Assembly (NCBI GenBank): GCA_051867895.1
Contig: JBJDZH010000011.1
Coordinates: 82,540-146,539 of the forward strand
Source of the DNA: Eubacteriales bacterium
GTDB taxonomy: Bacteria; Bacillota; Clostridia; Oscillospirales; CAG-272
Reading direction: 5' to 3'
DNA: 64,000 nt
Shown: piece by piece, positions 26,795 through 34,798 of the stretch
How positions within the stretch are numbered: the first letter of the stretch is position 1
How the letters are laid out: the number at the start of each line of letters is the position of its first letter
Program-made: the position numbers and the translations under genes
The notes under the pieces: model-generated
What the model saw: the letters and a program-made list of their open reading frames with translations, nothing else
Databases searched by the model: none
Told to the model about the DNA's origin: nothing

Positions 26795-29281
26795 ATGAGA
26801 AGGAATCAAAGATTACGCCGGCTTCTGACCCTTGTTCTGGCAGTGCTCTTTGCCGCGGCGCCGCTGCCGGTGTGCGCGCAAAGCAGCGCCGGCTGGGCGT
26901 TTGCCTCCGACACGGAGATCTATTGGGTGCAAACGGACGATTCACAGTACACGAACGAAGATCTGCGTGCGCAGGTGCAGCTCTTTGCACAGGAGCTGCA
27001 GGCAAAGAACCTGACGGCGTCCGTGCCGGGCATTACCTATGGCGTGCAGTCGGCGGCGGGCGATCATGATATCGTCCTGATTCTGGATTCCTCTCTCGGG
27101 ATCGCCGCCGAGGGCTTCCGCCTGGAAATCAGCGGTGGGCAGCTTCTGGTGAACGCCTCCGACGCGGATGGGCTGTTTTACGGCTGCCGCTTTGTCGAGC
27201 AGACCCTTCTGACCGGACGGGATCTGAGCCAGGTGTGCGGCGTTGTGAACAGCCCGGATTATCCGGAACGGGCGTTTTTCCTGGACTGCGGACGCAAGTA
27301 TTATTCTCCCGAATGGATCAAGAATATGATCCGGGAGATGTCCTGGTCGAATATGAACGCCATCTACCTCCATTTCTCGGAGGAAATGGGCTTCCGCCTG
27401 GAGAGCAAGACCTATCCATGGCTGGCAGGCGGCGACAACACGCTCTGCGTCGGTGGGGCGAGCGCAGCGGACGCGGATGAGAACAACAAGTACATCACAC
27501 AGGAAGAAATGCGTGAGATCGCAGAGGTCGCGCGGCTGTACCATGTGGAGATCATTCCCTCGCTGGACAGCCCAGGGCATATGAACTATGCCGTCAAAAA
27601 ATACAATGCGGTAAACGGCTCCGATATCGGGAACTATTTCCACTATAACGGGAAAACTGCCATCGTTCAGGGATCCGGTACGGAGACGGCGCAGAAGAGC
27701 TATTCCCGCGGCATCGACATTTCCAATCCGGAGGCGCGCACGTTCGCGCAGAACCTGTACCGGGAATATGCCGCGTTCTTTGCTGAGCTTGGCTGTACCA
27801 AGTTTGACATCGGCGGCGATGAGCTTCTCGGTTGGGGTTCTGCGGTTGTCTCCACCTCATCCGTGTCCAGGTGGCAGCAGCTGGATCATTGGAAAACCTA
27901 CGCGCAGCAGAGAAGCGGAAGCAGCAAAGCCGTCGCCTACGACGCGTTCATGTATTATATGAACGATATCTACGATATCGTCAAAGGCTATGGCTACACC
28001 TCCATCCGCATGTGGAACGACGACGCGCTCCGTACTGCGGATACCGGCTGGAATCAGGTCGTCACCCTGAACGAGGGGTTTGAGATCCAGTACTGGACGC
28101 CAACCGCTAACAACAGCAAAAACAACATCAATTCCTATCTGAACGCCGGATACGACGTCTACAACTTTCTGAATTCCTATAACTACTATGTACTCGGAAA
28201 GGTACACGATGGAACCGGCGATTATCCGGGCTGCACGCCGGAGCGCATCTACATGAACTGGGCGCCGAATATCTTCACTCCGTATGGCGGGAGCGCCGCC
28301 GATACGTCGATCACCGATACGCGTGTCAAAGGCAGTGCTTTCTGCGTCTGGTGCGATCAGCCCAAGACGGAGGGCGAAGTTGTCGTACGGGCAACCGTTC
28401 TGCCGCGCCTGCGCGCCAACGGCGCCAAGGCGTGGGACGCCGATCTGCAAAGTTCACTTTCCTACAGCGACTGGTATGCCCGTCAGGAGAAACTCGGCGA
28501 CGCGCCCGCCAATCTGCCCGCAGCGCCGGAAATTCAGGTGTACATATCACCTGACCTGACGGCATTGAAGAAGGCTGTCGCCGAATATGAGAGCATGGAC
28601 GGCGCCCTGTATACGGAGGAGAGCTTCGCGCTGTATACGGAAGCAGCCGAAACGGGAAAAACGGTTCTGAACAGCAAGAGACCGACGCAGGAACAGGCGG
28701 ATGCCGCGACCTCCGCACTTGAGGCAGCAAAGGCAGCGCTGCGTCTCTCTACCAGCATCGATTATGCGGCGCTGGACGCAGAGCTTGCCGCCTTTGACGC
28801 TGTGAGTGCCGCAGATTATACTGCGGAGACATACACCGCCTACAAGGTGATGGCGGAGAGCGCGCGCCTGCTGCGCAGCCGCACGGATGCGACTCAGGAA
28901 GAGATCGATGCGGTGGCGGACCGTCTCGCTTATCTGAAAAAGCAGCTTCGTGCTGTCGACGCAATCACCGGTGAGAACTGCATTCTGTCATTTGCCTCGA
29001 TGTCTTCCTATGCGATGCGTGGCAAGGTCTTTATCTTTGCCGTCACTGTCCTGACGGATGCCGAAATCGATCACTTCGAGATATATGACGAGGCAGGAAG
29101 CCGTGTTGATATCTGTTACGCAATCTGGAATAAAGTGAATCCGAGAACGCCCGAAAAGCGGAGTGTTCAGATTCGCGTCCGCGCGGAGGTTTTCGGGCAG
29201 CATACCTACACCGTCTACGCGATTCGCGCGGATGGAACGCGTTCTCCCGACATGAAGTCACTGACAGTACTGGTCAAGTAA
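26795..29281 (+). CDS. secreted GH20 beta-N-acetylhexosaminidase with C-terminal helical (FIVAR-like) repeats and an Ig-like end
   Basis: Signal peptide MRRNQRLRRLLTLVLAVLFAAAPLPVCAQS. ERAFFLDCGRKYY, IIPSLDSPGHMNY, and the catalytic pair in FDIGGDELLGW (D-E codons 27818-27823). Confidence 0.85.
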   Translation: MRRNQRLRRLLTLVLAVLFAAAPLPVCAQSSAGWAFASDTEIYWVQTDDSQYTNEDLRAQVQLFAQELQAKNLTASVPGITYGVQSAAGDHDIVLILDSSLGIAAEGFRLEISGGQLLVNASDADGLFYGCRFVEQTLLTGRDLSQVCGVVNSPDYPERAFFLDCGRKYYSPEWIKNMIREMSWSNMNAIYLHFSEEMGFRLESKTYPWLAGGDNTLCVGGASAADADENNKYITQEEMREIAEVARLYHVEIIPSLDSPGHMNYAVKKYNAVNGSDIGNYFHYNGKTAIVQGSGTETAQKSYSRGIDISNPEARTFAQNLYREYAAFFAELGCTKFDIGGDELLGWGSAVVSTSSVSRWQQLDHWKTYAQQRSGSSKAVAYDAFMYYMNDIYDIVKGYGYTSIRMWNDDALRTADTGWNQVVTLNEGFEIQYWTPTANNSKNNINSYLNAGYDVYNFLNSYNYYVLGKVHDGTGDYPGCTPERIYMNWAPNIFTPYGGSAADTSITDTRVKGSAFCVWCDQPKTEGEVVVRATVLPRLRANGAKAWDADLQSSLSYSDWYARQEKLGDAPANLPAAPEIQVYISPDLTALKKAVAEYESMDGALYTEESFALYTEAAETGKTVLNSKRPTQEQADAATSALEAAKAALRLSTSIDYAALDAELAAFDAVSAADYTAETYTAYKVMAESARLLRSRTDATQEEIDAVADRLAYLKKQLRAVDAITGENCILSFASMSSYAMRGKVFIFAVTVLTDAEIDHFEIYDEAGSRVDICYAIWNKVNPRTPEKRSVQIRVRAEVFGQHTYTVYAIRADGTRSPDMKSLTVLVK

Positions 29282-29296
29282 ACGGGTAAATCGAAA

Positions 29297-29330
29297 GCGG
29301 GCTTCCATCAGCCGATGGAGGTCCGCTTTT
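29297..29330 (+). terminator. intrinsic terminator/attenuator-like hairpin directly upstream of the rSAM RBS
   Basis: A 13-bp stem, GCGGGCTTCCATC / GATGGAGGTCCGC (two G-U pairs), with a 4-nt loop and then TTTT. GGAGG lies at 29333-29337 and the ATG at 29344. Confidence 0.55.
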
Positions 29331-29343
29331 CCGGAGGAGCAGT

Positions 29344-30432
29344 ATGGAACTGAAAAGCTACATATTTCACAAAGGTGCAGCCCGTCATATTCCGGTCAGC
29401 GGGACGTTTGAGCTGACGCCCCGGTGTAACCTGCAATGCGAAATGTGCTATATCCGCATGAGCTCCGCTGAACAGAAGGAGGCGGGACGTGAGCGGACGG
29501 CGGACGAATGGATCGCGCTGGGCAGAGAAGCGGTGGATGCGGGCATGGTCTATCTGCTGCTGACAGGGGGAGAGCCGCTGCTCCGTGCAGATTTTCCGCA
29601 GATCTACCGTGAACTGGCGAAGATGGGGGTCGTGCTTTCCCTGAATACGAACGGAACACTCCTGACGGACGGGATTCTCGAATGCCTCTGCGAGCATCCG
29701 CCGGAAAAGGTGAACGTCACCCTGTACGGTGCGTCCGCCGCAACGTATGAAAAAGTCTGCGGAAGCGCAGCCGCCTTTTCACGCGCATCGGACGCGGTCC
29801 GCAGAATGAAACAGGCGGGAATTCCCGTTTTCATCAATACCACCTTCACGAAGAACAACGCCTCTGATATGGAGGATATCGTTTCGTTTGCCCGGGAAGT
29901 CAAGGCGCCCATCCGCATGACGAGCTATGTTTTTCCTCCAGTCCGCTGCGCCCGGGAGGCAAAAACGGACTGCCTGCTCCCGCCTGATGCATACGGCGCT
30001 TTGGCGGCGCGGTTCGATCTTCTTACCTTAGATGCGGAGCAGAAAAAGCGGCGCAGACAGACGATTGACCATATTATGGGAAATATGGAGCCCCCCCCCG
30101 CAGATGAGAAAAGCAGGGCATCGTCCTGCATGGCGGGGAGAGGGGCATTCTGGATCACGTGGGACGGAAAGCTGCTGCCCTGCGGTATGCTGCCTGCCTC
30201 AGCGGTGGAGCTGGGGAACAGTACTTTCCGTGAAGCATGGGAGCGCCTGCCGCACGTCATGAACCGGATACAGTTACCCGTCGAATGCAGCACCTGCCGC
30301 GCGAGGCGGATATGTTCGGTGTGTGTTGCGGTGACGCAGAACGCAGAGGGCGATCCCTCCGTGCCTCCGAGGGATCTGTGCAGGTACGCACAGTCCTATT
30401 TGTCCGGCTTCCTGAAAAGCGGGGAGCGGTAG
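29344..30432 (+). CDS. radical SAM enzyme with C-terminal SPASM domain
   Basis: CNLQCEMC (29425-29448), GGEPLL, SSCMAGRGAFWITWDGKLLPCG and CSTCRARRICSVC (30286-30324). Confidence 0.9.
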   Translation: MELKSYIFHKGAARHIPVSGTFELTPRCNLQCEMCYIRMSSAEQKEAGRERTADEWIALGREAVDAGMVYLLLTGGEPLLRADFPQIYRELAKMGVVLSLNTNGTLLTDGILECLCEHPPEKVNVTLYGASAATYEKVCGSAAAFSRASDAVRRMKQAGIPVFINTTFTKNNASDMEDIVSFAREVKAPIRMTSYVFPPVRCAREAKTDCLLPPDAYGALAARFDLLTLDAEQKKRRRQTIDHIMGNMEPPPADEKSRASSCMAGRGAFWITWDGKLLPCGMLPASAVELGNSTFREAWERLPHVMNRIQLPVECSTCRARRICSVCVAVTQNAEGDPSVPPRDLCRYAQSYLSGFLKSGER

Positions 30433-30486
30433 GAAGCGAGTCCATCCGGAAGCCGGGAAGTGAACGGAGTCCATATATCCTGCGGT

Positions 30487-31698
30487 TTATGGTATGATGT
30501 CGTACAGCTTCAAAAGCTCAATGCGCTCTTTGCCCAGCCGGAGAGAGTCTGCGGCACTGTTGTTCTGGTGGGCGCACATTTCGGATGCGTAGTGGAAAAT
30601 GCGCTGCGCCCAGGCAACCGGCAGCAGAACCGGATGCTTTTTCAGATACACATACTTTTTCTCCATGTACGCACGCCCGGGGAAAACGGAACGAAGAACG
30701 CCGCGGCGTTTCCCTGTGCGGCTGGAATTCACAGCGTTCAGCGTGACAGTCGAGGAATGGAGACGTGCCTCGTCGGAGTGACCGTATATTCCGCCGGCAA
30801 ATACATCGTGCAAAAGCGGCTCAATGGAAACGTGCGGCTTTTCCCATGGCGCCGGGAGCGAAATGTTCATGCCGAGCGCAGTGCGGTCGATTTCAAATAC
30901 AGCGGCTGCAAAGGTTGCGGCGTGTACGCTATCACACTGGCTGTGCAGCAGAGTCCAGTCAATCCGGTCGTAATAGGCATGCGCCCAGAGACCGATGTCA
31001 TAGAACTGCCGAAGACCTACACCGGACAGGACGAAATGCTTGTAGGCGTGCAGCAGAAGATAGAGCAGATGCTCGTGAGGCTGCATGGTCAGATAACCGC
31101 TGATCTCCTCACAGCCGGCGGGGAGGTGCGCAAAGAAACGGTTGATCTCGTTATGCGCGTCTTCGGAGAAATCAAACAGACGCCGGTGCAGTTCGATATA
31201 AAGTGGACTGCCTTCCTTTTTATAGGAGATTTCATCTGCATCCTCCAGCTGCTGCGGAGGGCAGGCAGTATGGAGTCCGTTTTCGAGAAGGACGGCGTGG
31301 CACATGCTGAATTCGGCGTCGGGGATGAAGAGGTCGTCGTCTGCGCTGATACGGTGATCCGGAAGCGGATAGAGACGGCTGCAAAGCTGCCCCTTCACCA
31401 CAATGGGGTGGAGCCCGGCGGCACGCAGTTTCCGGTACAGCGCCGAAAATTCCGCCGCACGGACAGCCTGCGTCAGCACCTGTCCGATCACCTGTCGTTT
31501 TACCGCGGCGAAAAGGGCTGCGTTAGCCTGGGCGGCGTCTGTTTCTCGTACAGTCTCAAAGACGATCGGCAAGAGCCTTTGCTGATCGGCAAGCGCAAAG
31601 ACGGACGGATAATCCGCCCCGGCGGGAGACGCGGACGTGCCCTGCACTGCGGCACGCATGATCGCCAAAAGATCGCTTTCAGTCTGTGTGAGACTCAT
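30487..31698 (-). CDS. PF14907-type (NTP_transf_5) putative nucleotidyltransferase
   Basis: LHPIVVKGQLCSRLYPLPDHRISADDDLFIPDAEF...YIELHRRLF matches the family's lKG..l...Yp....R...DiDllv ... veLH pattern. Confidence 0.7.
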   Translation of the reverse strand: MSLTQTESDLLAIMRAAVQGTSASPAGADYPSVFALADQQRLLPIVFETVRETDAAQANAALFAAVKRQVIGQVLTQAVRAAEFSALYRKLRAAGLHPIVVKGQLCSRLYPLPDHRISADDDLFIPDAEFSMCHAVLLENGLHTACPPQQLEDADEISYKKEGSPLYIELHRRLFDFSEDAHNEINRFFAHLPAGCEEISGYLTMQPHEHLLYLLLHAYKHFVLSGVGLRQFYDIGLWAHAYYDRIDWTLLHSQCDSVHAATFAAAVFEIDRTALGMNISLPAPWEKPHVSIEPLLHDVFAGGIYGHSDEARLHSSTVTLNAVNSSRTGKRRGVLRSVFPGRAYMEKKYVYLKKHPVLLPVAWAQRIFHYASEMCAHQNNSAADSLRLGKERIELLKLYDIIP

Positions 31699-31814
31699 GG
31701 TCGGTTGCAGTCACCTTTTCTTTGTATTTTCGGGCGGAGAAGAGATTGAAAAGCACTTCCCCTTTACGCCCGGAGGTTTGCCGCCGAGCGGAGGAGACAC
31801 AAAGCATCTACCTC

Positions 31815-31843
31815 ATTATACCACTCGCTGCCGCAAACTACAA
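31815..31843 (-). promoter_or_regulatory. sigma-A-type promoter for the nucleotidyltransferase gene
   Basis: Minus strand reads TTGTAG (31843-31838), a 17-nt spacer, then TGgTATAAT (hexamer 31820-31815). Confidence 0.5.
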
Positions 31844-31993
31844 GATTCCCTGAAAAGAAGCCGCTGTGTTTTTTCTCCGAATGCGGCAGCCGGGCGGATT
31901 GGAGTGGAAAATGTGAAGCCGCGCCCAAGGGGAAGGGAGCTTTGGGGCGAGGGATGGAGATGCATGGGCTTCGGGAGCTTTGTGACGAAGCGG

Positions 31994-33934
31994 TCAGGAC
32001 GGCGATACGTCCTTTTTCAATTCTTCCTCTTCCTCATAGAGCTGCATCAGGCGATCCTCCGCGGTGATCCGCTCGTCATCGAGTTCGGCTGCTCGCTTAT
32101 AGTCGGAGGCGGCAGAACCGAACAGCTCGTCCTGTATCTCGGCAAGGCGTTTTTCCAGCGCGTCGATCTCCTGCCCGATCGTCGCCTTACGTTTTTCTCT
32201 CTGGCGGAGGCGGGCGGCTTCCTGCTTGCGTGCGAGATACAGCTCCTTGCCTGCGGACTGCTTTTCGTCCTCCGTCTCCGCCGGCGCGCTTCCGTCCCGG
32301 CGCGCACGGTCGGCAAGATAGTCCTCGTAGCCTCCGCGGAAATCGAGAGCGCCTTCCGACGAGATTGCAAGGATGCGCGTCGCCAACTTCGCGGTGAAAT
32401 AGCGGTCGTGCGAGACGGCGATGATGGTGCCGTCGAAGCCGGAGAGAGCGGTTTCCAGCGCTTCGCGCGACTGGATATCGAGATGGTTCGTCGGCTCGTC
32501 GAGAATCAGCAGATTCATGCGGGATAGGATCAGCTTCGCCAGCGTCAGACGCGCGCGTTCTCCGCCGCTCAGCACCGATACCGTTTTTTCGATATCATCA
32601 CCGCGGAACAGAAAGAGCGCGAGCGTATTGCGGATCTCTGTCTGGGTCAGGGTCGGGTAGGTGCTCCACAGCTCCTCCAGCACGGTGTTTTCAGGGGTCA
32701 GGTTCTGGTTTTCCTGATCGTAGTAACCGACGGTTACGTTGTAGCCGAACTCGATCTTCCCGGCGTCCGGCGTCAGCTTGCCGAGCAGCAGCTTGATGAG
32801 CGTGGATTTCCCGCAGCCGTTCGGACCGAGGATGAACAGCCGGTCTCTCTTTTTGACTTCGAAATTCAGATCGGTAAACAGCGTTTTATTGGGAAAGGAT
32901 TTGGCGAGGCGGCGCACGGAGAGGACGTCGTTGCCGCTCTCCCCCGATTCCGTGAAAGAGAAGCGGATGGACTTGGGAAGATCCGCCGGGCGCTCAACTT
33001 TTTCCATGCGCGCCAGTGCTTTCTCACGGCTTTCCGCCGCAATAATGTTGCGCTCGCGGTTCCATGCGCGCTGCTGTGCGATATATGCTTCCTGCCGGGC
33101 GATTTCTTTTTGCTGAAGCGCGTACTTCTTTTCCTGCGCTGCGCGGTCCTCCGCTTTCAGACGCAGGTATTCAGTGTAGGGGGCACGGTACAGCTTTGCT
33201 GTGTGATTTTCGATGTCCAGCGTTTTATTCGTCACCCGGTCGAGAAAATAGCGATCGTGGCTTACGAGCAGCAGCGTCTTTTTGTAGCCTGCCAGATGTT
33301 CCTCCAGCCAGACCATGGTGTCCGTGTCAAGATGGTTCGTCGGCTCGTCGAGAAGAAGAATGTCCGGCTCGCGGGAGAGCAGGCGCGCGAGCGCCAGCCG
33401 GGTCCGCTGTCCACCGCTCAGCTTTTCGATCGGCATAGTATGGAATTCCTCGGCGAAGCCGAGACGGATGAGAAAGCTGCGGCAGCGGGATTTATAGTGG
33501 AGTCCGCCGTCCTCGGCGAAACGCGCGTTCAGAGAGGCAAATTCCGAGCTCAGGCGGGAAAGCTCGTCTCCCTGCGCATGCGGCAGGAGCGCCTCGATCT
33601 GCGCAAGGCGCGCCTCCATGCGGCAAAGCTCCGGGAACGCGGCGTACATCTGCCCGAGAACCGTTTCACTGACCGGGGAGCCGTCCGTACCCCGCAGGAT
33701 ATGGAAGGCGTCGTCCTGTTCCAGCATGCCGACCGTTTTGTCCTTCGCAATATAGACTGCGCCGTCGTCCGGGGTGTATTCGCCGGTGATGAGGCGCATC
33801 AGAGTCGATTTACCGCTGCCGTTGACGCCGACGATGGCAAGGCGGTCGCCGTCCTCGAGCGAAAATGTGACGCCGGAGAGGATCTCCCGCACGCCGATTC
33901 TGTAGGATAGATTGGATGTGCTGATGGATATCAT
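31994..33934 (-). CDS. ABC-F family ATPase (two NBDs, no TM domain, C-terminal coiled coil)
   Basis: Walker A motifs VGVNGSGKSTL and LGPNGCGKSTL, two LSGG signatures (LSGGQRTRLALA, LSGGERARLTLA), an inter-domain linker and a charged C-terminal extension. Confidence 0.9.
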   Translation of the reverse strand: MISISTSNLSYRIGVREILSGVTFSLEDGDRLAIVGVNGSGKSTLMRLITGEYTPDDGAVYIAKDKTVGMLEQDDAFHILRGTDGSPVSETVLGQMYAAFPELCRMEARLAQIEALLPHAQGDELSRLSSEFASLNARFAEDGGLHYKSRCRSFLIRLGFAEEFHTMPIEKLSGGQRTRLALARLLSREPDILLLDEPTNHLDTDTMVWLEEHLAGYKKTLLLVSHDRYFLDRVTNKTLDIENHTAKLYRAPYTEYLRLKAEDRAAQEKKYALQQKEIARQEAYIAQQRAWNRERNIIAAESREKALARMEKVERPADLPKSIRFSFTESGESGNDVLSVRRLAKSFPNKTLFTDLNFEVKKRDRLFILGPNGCGKSTLIKLLLGKLTPDAGKIEFGYNVTVGYYDQENQNLTPENTVLEELWSTYPTLTQTEIRNTLALFLFRGDDIEKTVSVLSGGERARLTLAKLILSRMNLLILDEPTNHLDIQSREALETALSGFDGTIIAVSHDRYFTAKLATRILAISSEGALDFRGGYEDYLADRARRDGSAPAETEDEKQSAGKELYLARKQEAARLRQREKRKATIGQEIDALEKRLAEIQDELFGSAASDYKRAAELDDERITAEDRLMQLYEEEEELKKDVSPS

Positions 33935-34003
33935 GTCCGTACCTTTCGAGGTTTCATAAAAGCAGGGCAGATCCAGTCTGCCCTGTTGTGTTTGGTTGTT
34001 CGT

Positions 34004-34756
34004 TCAGAGCGCTGCCGGGGCGGGAATGTCGACCGCCTCGCCGAGCGCCTGCCCGACGGGGAGCGGAATGACAAGGGAAGCACGTCGGTCATAAGGTGTC
34101 GGCGTCCGGTTCAGTATGACGAGCGACCTGCCGTGAAAATACCGGACAAGCCCGGCGGCGGGATATACGGAGAGGGAGGTGCCTCCGATGAGGAGTGTAT
34201 CTGCCGCCATGACGGCGTTCAGCGCGGCGCTGAGGCAGTCCTCGTCCAGCGGCTCCTCATACAGAACGACATCCGGCTTGACGATGCCTCCGCAGTCGGG
34301 ACAGCGGGGGATACCATCTGCCGACAGGACGAAGGAGAGCGGGAAAAAGCGTCCGCACTGCATACAGTAATTGCGGTGGACGGAGCCGTGCAGCTCGAAC
34401 ACCTGTTTGCTGCCCGCCGCCTGATGCAGCCCGTCGACGTTCTGCGTGATAACGGCGGTGAGACGTCCCTGCGCTTCCAGCTTTGCCAGGGCAAAGTGGG
34501 CGCGGTTCGGGCGCGCGTCGGGATAGAGCAGATGCTGCCGGTAGAAATCAAAAAACTCGGCGGGATGAGAAAGGAAAAAGGAGTGGCTCAGAATTTCCTC
34601 CGGAGGAATGCGCGCGGTGCGGTTCTGATAGATGCCGTTTGCCGAGCGAAAATCGGGAATGCCGCTTTCCGTGGAAACGCCCGCTCCTCCGAAGAAAACG
34701 ATATTGTTTGCCTGCGCCAGAGTATCGCGCAGGGCGCGGAGTATAGTGTCTTCCAT
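34004..34756 (-). CDS. cobB: NAD-dependent protein deacylase (Sir2 family)
   Basis: GAGVSTESGIPDFRS, TQNVDGLH, and zinc Cys pairs CMQCG and CPDCGG. Confidence 0.9.
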   Translation of the reverse strand: MEDTILRALRDTLAQANNIVFFGGAGVSTESGIPDFRSANGIYQNRTARIPPEEILSHSFFLSHPAEFFDFYRQHLLYPDARPNRAHFALAKLEAQGRLTAVITQNVDGLHQAAGSKQVFELHGSVHRNYCMQCGRFFPLSFVLSADGIPRCPDCGGIVKPDVVLYEEPLDEDCLSAALNAVMAADTLLIGGTSLSVYPAAGLVRYFHGRSLVILNRTPTPYDRRASLVIPLPVGQALGEAVDIPAPAAL

Positions 34757-34798
34757 ATGGTCTGGTTTACTCTCCGGAAAGGGTGATAGCAGGAGCGC

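Noticed and set aside
30460-31749. 429-aa plus-strand ORF overlapping the nucleotidyltransferase gene.
   Set aside because: The minus-strand frame shows the PF14907-like KG...R..DDD...ELH pattern and has a matching promoter at 31815-31843. The plus-strand product has no motifs.
20572-31843. Classifying the module as a lasso-peptide cluster because it has PqqD, an HprK-like kinase and a PF14907 protein.
   Set aside because: No Asn-synthetase-like cyclase or transglutaminase-like B2 protease is present anywhere in the window. The 72-aa peptide lacks the leader Thr(-2) and the Gly1 / Asp-Glu 7-9 lasso core logic.
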